From positions 1 through 38,642 of the forward strand of contig JAUCBJ010009071.1 in NCBI GenBank assembly GCA_032718475.1: a DNA stretch of 38,642 bases, in the 5' to 3' direction. Both the position numbers and the translations under genes were made by a program. The notes beneath the pieces were generated by a model, which saw nothing but the letters and a program-made list of their open reading frames with translations, had not been told where the DNA came from and did not search any database. This document shows, one piece after another, positions 1 through 10,900 of this stretch. How positions within the stretch are numbered: position 1 is the first letter of the stretch; every line of letters starts with the position of its first letter. Origin of the DNA: Nemertoderma westbladi (taxonomy: Eukaryota; Animalia; Xenacoelomorpha).

Positions 1-351
1 AAAGTACAAATTTTTTGTCCGACCTTTTTTCCGCCATTTCGAGGAATAGTAGAATGTGCACATTTTTTCCGAGGCGCAGCCGAGGAATAAATGCATATAA
101 ACCTCACGATAAAAGCCATTTTCATATAAAAATTGGTCAAAAAGTGGGTACCCAATACATAAATATTTGAGACAAATAGGGCTTATGCTACTAGTGCCCC
201 AGAATGTTTTCAACGCACAAAGTGGAGCATAGAGTATAGGACTAGCTAGTTGTTATAAAAGAGAATAAAGTTTCCAGAGAATCATTAAAAATGCTAAATA
301 CTGGTGATATAACGATAAACTCATAAGATTTTAATACAAACCTTGTTGTTT

Positions 352-436
352 TCTAAAAAGATGTTCCAGAATAAAAATAATTGTTCTAGAACATTATTTT
401 TCATAAACAAATAGCTATCATGTTCTAGAACATTTC
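352..436. repeat. Diverged dispersed AT-rich repeat with TGTTCTAGAACA palindromes
   Basis: Colinear similarity to 7341-7424 (tctaaaaa..ttcYagaataaaa..ttgttctagaacatt..aatagcta.catgttct.gaacattt). The same palindromic core also occurs at ~4832, ~5294 and ~5406. Confidence 0.6.
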
Positions 437-473
437 AAAACAAGAAATTATCAAAAACGAATTAGTATAACAA

Positions 474-3437
474 ATTTGGTGGAGGTGAACGCATACAGAA
501 CCAGTACCTATTTGGTGGAGGTGAACGCATACTGAACCAGTACCTATTTGGTGGAGGTGAACGCATACTGAACCAGTGCCTATTTGGTGGAGGTGAACGC
601 ATACTGAACCAGTACCTATTTGGTGGAGGTGAACGCATACTGAACCAGTACCTATTTGGTGGAGGTGAACACATACTGAACCAGTACCTATTTGGTGGAG
701 GTGAACGCATACTGAACCAGTACCTATTTGGTGGAGGCGAACGCATACTGAACCAGTACCTATTTGGTGGAGGTGAACACATACTGAAGCAGTACCTATT
801 TGGTGGAGGTGAACACATACTGAACCAGTACCTATTTGGTGGAGGTGAACGCATACTGAACCAGTAACTATTTGGTGGAGGTGAACGCATACTGCACCAG
901 TACCTATTTGGTGGAGGTGAACACATACTGAAGCAGTACCTATTTGGTGGAGGTGAACACATACTGAACCAGTACCTATTTGGTGGAGGTGAACGCATAC
1001 TGAACCAGTACCTATTTGGTGGAGGCGAACGCATACTGAACCAGTACCTATTTGGTGGAGGTGAACACATACTGAAGCAGTACCTATTTGGTGGAGGTGA
1101 ACGCATACTGAACCAGTACCTATTTAGTGGAGGTGAACGCATACTGAACCAGTACCTATTTGGTGGAGGTGAACACATACTGAACCAGTATCTATTTGGT
1201 GGAGGTGAACGCATACTGAACCAGTACCTATTTGGTGGAGGTGAACACATACTGAACCAGTATCTATTTGGTGGAGGTGAACGCATACTGAACCAGTACC
1301 TATTTGGTGGAGGCGAACGCATACTGAACCAGTACCTATTTGGTGGAGGTGAACACATACTGAACCAGTACCTATTTGGTGGAGGTGAACGCATACTGAA
1401 CCAGTACCTATTTGGTGGAGGTGAAAGCATACTGAACCAGTACCTATTTGGTGGAGGTGAACACATACTGAACCAGTATCTATTTGGTGGAGGTGAACGC
1501 ATACTGAACCAGTACCTATTTGGTGGAGGCGAACGCATACTGAACCAGTACCTATTTGGTGGAGGCGAACGCATACTGAACCAGTACCTATTTGGTGGAG
1601 GTGAACACATACTGAACCAGTACCTATTTGGTGGAGGTGAAAGCATACTGAACCAGTACCTATTTGGTGGAGGTGAACGCATACTGAACCAGTACCTATT
1701 TGGTGGAGGCGAACGCATACTGAACCAGTACCTATTTGGTGGAGGTGAACACATACTGAAGCAGTACCTATTTGGTGGAGGTGAACGCATACTGAACCAG
1801 TACCTATTTGGTGGAGGTGAACACATACTGAACCAGTACCTATTTGGTGGAGGTGAACGCATACTGAACCAGTACCTATTTGGTGGAGGTGAACACATAC
1901 TGAAGCAGTACCTATTTGGTGGAGGTGAACACATACTGAACCAGTACCTATTTGGTGGAGGTGAACGCATACTGAACCAGTAACTATTTGGTGGAGGTGA
2001 ACGCATACTGAACCAGTACCTATTTGGTGGAGGTGAACACATATTGAAGCAGTACCTATTTGGTGGAGGTGAACACATACTGAACCAGTACCTATTTGGT
2101 GGAGGTGAACGCATACTGAACCAGTACCTATTTGGTGGGGGCGAACGCATACTGAACCAGTACCTATTTGGTGGAGGTGAACACATACTGAAGCAGTACC
2201 TATTTGGTGGAGGTGAACGCATACTGAACCAGTACCTATTTAGTGGAGGTGAACGCATACTGAACCAGTACCTATTTGGTGGAGGTGAACACATACTGAA
2301 CCAGTACCTATTTGGTGGAGGTGAACGCATACTGAACCAGTACCTATTTGGTGGAGGCGAACGCATACTGAACCAGTACCTATTTGGTGGAGGTGAACAC
2401 ATACTGAAGCAGTACCTATTTGGTGGAGGTGAACACATACTAAACCAGTACCTATTTGGTGGAGGTGAACGCATACTGAACCAGTACCTATTTGGTGGAG
2501 GTGAACACATACCGAACCAGTACCTATTTGGTGGAGGTGAACGCATACTGAACCAGTACCTATTTGGTGGAGGTGAACACATACTGAACCAGTATCTATT
2601 TGGTGGAGGTGAACGCATACTGAACCAGTATCTATTTGGTGGAGGTGAACGCATACTGAACCAGTACCAATTTGGTGGAGGTGAACGCATACTGAACCAG
2701 TACCTATTTGGTGGAGGTGAACACGAACCAGTACCTATTTGGTGGAGGTGAACGCATACTGAACCAGTACCTATTTGGCGGAGGTGAACACATACTGAAC
2801 CAGAACCTATTTGGTGGAGGTGAACACGAACCAGTACCTATTTGGTGGAGGTGAACACGAACCAGTACCTATTTGGTGGAGGTGAACGCATACTGAACCA
2901 GTACCTATTTGGTGGAGGTGAACACGAACCAGTACCTATTTGGTGGAGGTGAACACGAACCAGTACCTATTTGGTGGAGGTGAACGCATACTGAACCAGT
3001 ACCTATTTGGTGGAGGTGAACACGAACCAGTACCTATTTGGTGGAGGTGAACGCATACTGAACCAGTACCTATTTGGTGGAGGTGAACGCATACTGAACC
3101 AGTACCTATTTGGTGGAGGTGAACACATACTGAACCAGTACCTATTTGGTGGAGGTGAACACGAACCAGTACCTATTTGGTGGAGGTGAACGCATACTGA
3201 ACTGAACCAGTACCTATTTGGTGGAGGTGAACGCATACTGAACCAGTACCTATTCGGTGGAGGTGAACACATACTGAACCAGTACCTATTTGGTGGAGGT
3301 GAACACATACTGAACCAGTACCTATTTGGTGGAGGTGAACACATACTGAACCAGTACCTATTTGGTGGAGGTGAACGCATACTGAACCAGAACCTATTTG
3401 GTGGAGGTGAACGCATACTGAAACTGAACCAGTACCT
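474..3437. repeat. 36-bp minisatellite, left block (unit TACCTATTTGGTGGAGGTGAACGCATACTGAACCAG)
   Basis: Direct 36-bp periodicity, about 80+ copies. 29-bp deletion variants (…GAACACGAACCAG) cluster at ~2700-3180. Confidence 0.98.
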
Positions 3438-4540
3438 GATGAGGATTCCTGATGAAATTATTGCAGCAATCAGATCAGTATACGATGGTTCGACAACATT
3501 TGTGTCTACTAATGACGGTGACACAGAACCATTTGAAGTGTTATGGGGTGTCCTCCAGGGAGACACACTTGCACCATTCTTGTTCATAATTGTGGTTGAC
3601 TATGTTCTACGCATGTCCTTAGATCATCATAATGATGATGGGGTGATGATAACTCCACCTACTGGCTCCAGAAGTCGAGGAAATCCTGCCAAGTACCTAA
3701 CTGATCTAGACTTTGCTGATGACTTAGGAGTACTCTCAGAATCACTAGAGGGAGCCCAACGGCTCCTCAGCTCATTAGAACATGCTGCTTCTAGTGTTGG
3801 TCTTTTTATTAACTCTAGAAAGACCAACATTTTGACAGTTAACTTTGAAAGTCCTCAGCAAGTCTCTGATCGGATGAGCATAAGCTCAAAGGATGGTATG
3901 CTTGAGCATGTGGACGACTTCTGTTACCTGGGATCATGGATCCGGAAATCAGGTGAGGACCTTCGAATACGTAAGGGAAAGGCATGGGCAGCCTTGAATA
4001 GGCATTCTAGGATTTGGAAGTCACCGATAATTAATCGGAAACTTAAGGTCCGATTATTTAGAGCAGCAGTAGTTCCAGTACTCCTCTATTAGAGTCCATG
4101 CTGGGCTCTAACTGCTGAGGACACCAAATCTCTGGATGGCACATTCACAAGAATGCTACGCCGGGTTCATTGTGTCAAGTACAATGCACACATCTCCAAC
4201 CAGACACTATTAACATTGGAGGTGTCTCATTGGTTCCCCCAAGCTTGACACTAGAACAAAATCGCCTCCGCTTTGCAGGACATTGCTTTCGCCGGGAGGA
4301 CCAGCCAGTGCATAATCTTGTAATTTGGCAGCCTCATGGAGTGAATAAGCATGGTGGACAGCCCATGACTTTCTTGAGACGCATCTTAAAGGACACTGGC
4401 CTTGAAGATGCGGATGATCTAGCAAATGTCATGGGTGATAGGGAGTTGTGGTGGCGCATTTTTGTCGACGAGCCGGCACAGCATTCTTAAAAATGCAGCT
4501 GCAGTGCAGCATGCCGATCCTAGTAGTAGTAGTCCTAGTA
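3438..4540 (+). mobile_element. 5'-truncated, degenerate RTE-clade non-LTR retrotransposon (C-terminal half of RT)
   Basis: RT motifs GVLQGDTLAPFLF, TDLDFADD and F.YLGSWI, plus the RTE-type C-terminus RLRFAGHCFR..W.P..G...DTG...M.DR..W. In-frame TAG at 4090-4092 and a frame change downstream. 3' tail of (TAG)n short repeats at 4521-4540. TSD-like GAACCAGTAC(CT) at 3426-3437 and from 4541. Confidence 0.88.
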
Positions 4541-4550
4541 GAACCAGTAC

Positions 4551-5665
4551 GGAAGCAGGACAATTCGGTCCCGGAAAATTTGGTCCCGGACAATTCGGTC
4601 CCATTAATTTTGTGTTTTGGGACCGAATTGTCCGGGACCGAATTGTCCGGGACCGAATTGTCCGGGACCGAATTGTCCGGATACTGACTAGGACAATTCG
4701 GTCCCAAACATGCATATTAATGGGACCGAATTGTCCGGGACCGAATTGTCCGGGACCGAATTGTCCGGGACCGAATTGTCCAGGACCGAATTGTCCGGGA
4801 CCAAATTTAATTGGTATTATATAATGGTGAATGTTCTAGAAACTTAATATATATTATTATATGGTAGGTAGCTAGTGTTTTTTTTTACTAGCTAGTATTT
4901 TTTTTAAAATAAAAAAAATTTACTTTTTTTTGTTAGCATTATTATTTATGGTAGCTATGGTGTTTTTATGGAGCTTGTGAATTATTTACTAGCTAGCAAT
5001 AGTATGTAATTACAATGTTTATTTTTAAAACTGATATTTTTTATATACTGCGTATGTATACTGTATGTGTTGTTGGTTGGTTAACAAGCCTAAATTATTA
5101 TCCTAGATAATAGATGGATCTCATTCAGGGACTGTTATAATATCATCAATATTTTTGGTAATTAATATAATCAGCAACAGTTTAGGCCTAATTCTGAAAT
5201 ATCAATGTTTTCACAAGTGTTTTTATAATTTCAAGGAAATGCTAGCTAGTAAAAAAAAACACTAGCTACACCTTAATAAATAATATATAATAATGTTCTC
5301 GAACACTACCAATAACAAAAATAATAAAAAAATACAGTATTTTTAAATTTCAAAAAATTCTAGCAAGTAAATAACACTAGCTAGCATAACAATTATCTCT
5401 ACTAATGTTCTAGAACATTCAACAATATCAAAAAAGCACTAAAACGTTGCTATCAGGAACCGGACAATTCGGTCCCGGACAATTCGGTCCTAGGACAATT
5501 CGGTCCTAGGACAATTCGGTCCCGGACAATTCGGTCCCGGACAATTCGGTCCCATTTATTTAGTGTTTTGGGACCGAATTGTCCGGGACCGAATTGTCCG
5601 GGACCGAATTGTCCGGACCGAATTGTCCGGGACCGAATTGTCCGGGACCGAATTGTCCTACATCC
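4551..5665. mobile_element. Non-autonomous foldback/MITE-like DNA transposon, probably Mutator (MULE) superfamily
   Basis: Termini GGAAGCAGGACAATTCGGTCCC and GGGACCGAATTGTCCTACATCC are inverted, with 2 mismatches. Subterminal arrays of 15-bp GGGACCGAATTGTCC occur in both orientations. Flanks AACCAGTAC (4542-4550) and AACTAGTAC (5666-5674) form a 9-bp TSD with one mismatch. Non-coding AT-rich core. Confidence 0.75.
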
Positions 5666-6930
5666 AACTAGTACCTATTTGGTGGAGGTGAACACATACT
5701 GAACCAGTACCTATTTGGTGGAGGTGAACGCATACTGAACCAGTACCTATTTGGTGGAGGCGAACGCATACTGAACCAGTACCTATTTGGTGGAGGTGAA
5801 CACATACTGAAGCAGTACCTATTTGGTGGAGGTGAACACATACTGAACCAGTACCTATTTGGTGGAGGTGAACGCATACTGAACCAGTACCTATTTGGTG
5901 GAGGTGAACGCATACTGAACCAGTACCTATTTGGTGGAGGTGAACGCATACTGAACCAGTACCTATTTGGTGGAGGTGAACGCATACTGAACCAGTACCT
6001 ATTTGGTGGAGGTGAACACATACTGAACCTGTACCTATTTGGTGGAGGTGAACGCATACTGAACCAGTACCTATTTGGTGGAGGTGAACACATACTGAAC
6101 CTGTACCTATTTGGTGGAGGTGAACGCATACTGAACCAGTACCTATTTGGTGGAGGTGAACGCATACTGAACCAGTACCTATTTGGTGGAGGTGAACGCA
6201 TACTGAACCAGTATCTATTTGGTGGAGGTGAACGCATACTGAACCAGTACCTATTTGGTGGAGGTGAACGCATACTGAACCAGTACCTATTTGGTGGAGG
6301 TGAACGCATACTGTACCAGTACCTATTTGGTGGAGGTGAACGCATACTGAACCAGTACCTATTTGGTGGAGGTGAACGCGAACCAGTACCTATTTGGTGG
6401 AGGTGAACGTATACTGAACCAGAACCTATTTGGTGGAGGTGAACGCATACTGAACCAGTACCTATTTGGTGGAGGCGAACGCATACTGAACCAGTGCCTA
6501 TTTGGTGGAGGTGAACGCATACTGAACCAGTACCTATTTTGTGGAGGTGAACGCATACTGAACCAGTACCTATTTGGTGGAGGCGAACGCATACTGAACC
6601 AGTACCTATTTGGTGGAGGTGAACGCATACTGAACCAGTACCTATTTGGTGGAGGTGAACACATATTGAACCAGAACCAATTTGGTGGAGGTGAACGCAT
6701 ACTGAACCAGTACCTATTTGGTGGAGGTGAACGCATACTGAACCAGTACCTATTTGGTGGAGGTGAACGCATACTGAACCAGTACCTATTTGGTGGAGGT
6801 GAACGCATACTGAACCAGTGCCTATTTGGTGGAGGTGAACGCATACTGAACCAGTACCTATTTGGTGGAGGTGAACGCATACTGAACCAGTACCTATTTG
6901 GTGGAGGTGAACGCATACTAAAACTGTACC
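5666..6930. repeat. 36-bp minisatellite, right block
   Basis: Same unit and orientation, resuming right after the inserted elements; about 35 copies. Confidence 0.98.
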
Positions 6931-7144
6931 CATTCCCTTTTTATTAGAAATAACAAAGTTATCGCAAATTTTATATCAATTCTGCACTATTGTGTAATTA
7001 AATAATACTAGCTAGCTAGCTACTATATACTAGCTATTATACTTTATTAGTGAAGGTGATAATATTCCATAACTTTAATCAAATAATCTTACCAATCGAT
7101 CGATAGCTAGTGTTTTAGGTAAGTTTAGCTAGTAATTTCAACAC

Positions 7145-7478
7145 TGGTTCCGACATCATACTTCCTTCTATAAATATTTTGTAGTAGCTAGTTCTTATTA
7201 CTAAAACGTGTTTAAAATCAATAAAAAAAAAATGTGAAAAAAAATATTGTGAAAATTTCAAATATTGAAATTTTTTTTTTATTGATTTTAAACACGTTTT
7301 AGAACGATTCCACGCGTTTTAAATAGAATCCAGATTTTTTTCTAAAAAATTTTCTAGAATAAAACATATTTGTTCTAGAACATTTAAAAAAAAATGAATA
7401 GCTAACATGTTCTGGAACATTTTCTATACGAATAGTAATAAGAAGATATTTATAGAAGGAAGTAGGATGTCGGAACCA
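7145..7478. repeat. Nested inverted repeats (MITE-like relic)
   Basis: Outer arms 7145-7177 and 7446-7478 (33 bp, 1 mismatch). Inner arms 7201-7232 and 7271-7302 (32 bp, perfect). Confidence 0.75.
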
Positions 7479-7602
7479 ATAAAATTCCTATTGAGAATAG
7501 TGAAAAAATTTTCTACTTTTTATCCGATGTATAAATAATTATTTTGTCCGAATATGCGGACAAAAAACAGTTGTAGGTTCTTATAGTAAAGTCATCGTCG
7601 CC

Positions 7603-7656
7603 TTACTTGCACTCACTCACTATCGTTGGTAAAAAAAAACCACCCAGATCAGCATA
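7603..7656 (-). other. Candidate small or terminal exon after SNX8 exon 4
   Basis: Acceptor-like tacgttacag 88 nt after the exon 4 donor. In phase 0 it reads YADLGGFFLPTI, followed by GTGAGTGAGT (donor-like at 7620), or reads through to VSECK* (TAA 7605-7603). No recognisable SNX8 similarity. Confidence 0.25.
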
Positions 7657-7744
7657 CTGTAACGTAAAGTGCTACTTTATACATAAATAAAAATAAAGAT
7701 AGCTATAAGTACAATTAGTACAATTAATTAACATATTGAATTAC

Positions 7745-7873
7745 CTCATTCTGAGAAAGATTCTCTAAGGCACGAGGCAATAATTCCATGTAAACGAAAA
7801 CCAACTGCGCCTCTAAACACAAACAATGGAGACTGTATGAGTTCCTGTGTTCCATTACAGATAATTCGCTTTC
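7745..7873 (-). CDS. SNX8: SNX8 exon 4 (BAR domain)
   Basis: Acceptor cctacag|GAA. 129 nt encoding ESELSVMEHRNSYSLHCLCLEAQLVFVYMELLPRALENLSQNE, matching the SNX8 pattern ME.RN.FSL.CL..E.QL..VY. Donor GAG|GTAATT. Not in the ORF track. Confidence 0.88.
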
Positions 7874-7934
7874 CTGTAGGACGATAATAATATGAATAAA
7901 TTATTATTATTATTGTAGTAAACAATTATTGACT

Positions 7935-10900
7935 CTTCGCTATCAGATACGCTCCTGTCCCTGTATCAGATTATTAGACACTAACTTCGCTATCAGATAC
8001 ACACCTGTCCCTGACCCTGTATCAGATTATTAGACACTATCCTCACTATCAGATACGCACCTGTCCCTGTCCATGTATCAGATTATTAGACACTAACTTC
8101 GCTATCAGATACACACCTGTCCCTGACCCTGTATCAGATTATTAGACACTATCCTCACTATCAGATACGCACCTGTCCCTGTCCATGTATCAGATTATTA
8201 GACACTAACTTCGCTATCAGATACACACCTGTCCCTGTCCATGTATCAGTTTATTAGACACTATCCTCACTATCAGATACGCACCTGTCCCTGTCCATGT
8301 ATCAGATTATTAGACACTAACTTCGCTATCAGATACACACCTGTCCCTGACCCTGTATCAGATTATTAGACACTATCCTCACTATCAGATACGCACCTGT
8401 CCCTGTCCATGTCTCAGATTATTAGACACTAACTTCGCTATCAGATACACACCTGTCCCTGTCCATGTATCAGTTTATTAGACACTATCCTCACTATCAG
8501 ATACGCACCTGTCCCTGTCCATGTATCAGATTATTAGACACTAACTTCGCTATCAGATACACACCTGTCCCTGTCCATGTATCAGTTTATTAGACACTAT
8601 CCTCACTATCAGATATGCACCTGTCCCTGTCCATGTCTCAGATTATTAGACACTAACTTCGCTATCAGATACACACCTGTCCCTGTCCATGTATCAGATT
8701 ATTAGACACTAACTTCGCTATCAGATACACACCTGTCCCTGTCCATGTATCAGTTTATTAGACACTATCCTCACTATCAGATACGCACCTGTCCCTGTCC
8801 ATGTCTCAGATTATTAGACACTAACTTCGCTATCAGATACACACCTGTCCCTGTCCATGTATCAGATTATTAAACACTATCCTCACTATCAGATACACAC
8901 CTGTCCCTGACCCTGTATCAGATTATTAGACACTATCCTCACTATCAGATACGCACCTGTCCCTGTCCATGTATCAGATTATTAGACACTAACTTCGCTA
9001 TCAGATACACACCTGTCCCTGTCCATGTATCAGTTTATTAGACACTATCCTCACTATCAGATACGCACCTGTCCCTGTCCATGTATCAGATTATTAGACA
9101 CTAACTTCGCTATCAGATACACACCTGTCCCTGTCCATGTATCAGTTTATTAGACACTATCCTCACTATCAGATACACACCTGTCCCTGACCCTGTATCA
9201 GATTATTAGACACTATCCTCACTATCAGATACGCACCTGTCCCTGTCCATGTATCAGATTATTAGACACTAACTTCGCTATCAGATACACACCTGTCCCT
9301 GTCCATGTATCAGTTTATTAGACACTATCCTCACTATCAGATACGCACCTGTCCCTGTCCATGTCTCAGATTATTAGACACTAACTTCGCTATCAGATAC
9401 ACACCTGTCCCTGTCCATGTATCAGTTTATTAGACACTATCCTCACTATCAGATACGCACCTGTCCCTGACCCTGTATCAGATTATTAGACACTATCCTC
9501 ACTATCAGATACGCACCTGTCCCTGTCCATGTATCAGATTATTAGACACTATCCACGCTATCAGATACGCACCTGTCCCTGTCCATGTATCAGATTATTA
9601 GACACTATCCACGCTATCAGATACGCACCTGTCCCTGTCCATGTATCAGTTTATTAGACACTATCCTCACTATCAGATACGCACCTGTCCCTGACCCTGT
9701 ATCAGTTTATTAGACACTATCCTCACTATCAGATACACACCTGTCCCTGTCCATGTATCAGATTATTAAACACTATCCTCACTATCAGATACGCACCTGT
9801 CCCTGACCCTGTATCAGATTATTAGACACTATCCTCACTATCAGATACGCACCTGTCCCTGTCCATGTATCAGATTATTAGACACTAACTTCGTTATCAG
9901 ATACACACCTGTCCCTGTCCATGTATCAGATTATTAAACACTATCCTCACTATCAGATACGCACCTGTCCCTGACCCTGTATCAGATTATTAGACACTAT
10001 CCTCACTATCAGATACGCACCTGTCCCTGTCCATGTATCAGATTATTAGACACTATCCACGCTATCAGATACGCACCTGTCCCTGTCCATGTATCAGATT
10101 ATTAGACACTATCCACGCTATCAGATACGCACCTGTCCCTGTCCATGTATCAGTTTATTAGACACTATCCTCACTATCAGATACGCACCTGTCCCTGACC
10201 CTGTATCAGTTTATTAGACACTATCCTCACTATCAGATACACACCTGTCCCTGTCCATGTATCAGATTATTAAACACTATCCTCACTATCAGATACGCAC
10301 CTGTCCCTGTCCATGTATCAGATTATTAGACACTATCCACGCTATCAGATACGCACCTGTCCCTGTCCATGTATCAGATTATTAGACACTAACTTCGCTA
10401 TCAGATACACACCTGTCCCTGTCCATGTATCAGTTTATTAGACACTATCCTCACTATCAGATACGCACCTGTCCCTGTCCATGTATCAGATTATTAGACA
10501 CTAACTTCGCTATCAGATACACACCTGTCCCTGTCCATGTATCAGTTTATTAGACACTATCCTCACTATCAGATACACAACTGTCCCTGTCCCTGTATCA
10601 GTTTATAAGACACTATCCTCACTATCAGATACACAACTGTCCCTGTCCCTGTATCAGTTTATAAGACACTATCCTCACTATCAGATACACAACTGTCCCT
10701 GTCCCTGTATCAGTTTATAAGACACTATCCTCACTATCAGATACACACCTGTCCCTGTCCCTGTATCAGTTTATAAGACACTATCCTCACTATCAGATAC
10801 GCACCTGTCCCTGACCCTGTATCAGTTTATTAGACACTATCCTCACTATCAGATACACACCTGTCCCTGTCCATGTATCAGTTTATTAGACACTATCCTC

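Noticed and set aside
477-489. GGAGGTGA shared by the 36-bp and 42-bp units (Shine-Dalgarno-, Chi- or minisatellite-core-like)
   Set aside because: Only 8 bp, in opposite orientation in the two arrays, and explained in the 42-mer by the donor sequence. No evidence of common origin or function.
4419-4824. GPNCP / RTIRS / GTELS repeat ORFs
   Set aside because: Translations of the 15-bp subterminal repeats of the foldback element.
462-6947. Long ORFs of MRSPPPNRYWFS / NQYLFGGGERIL repeats (up to 742 aa)
   Set aside because: A 36-bp unit stays open in several frames on both strands by chance. 29-bp variants and two TE insertions break the frames, and there are no unique flanking domains.
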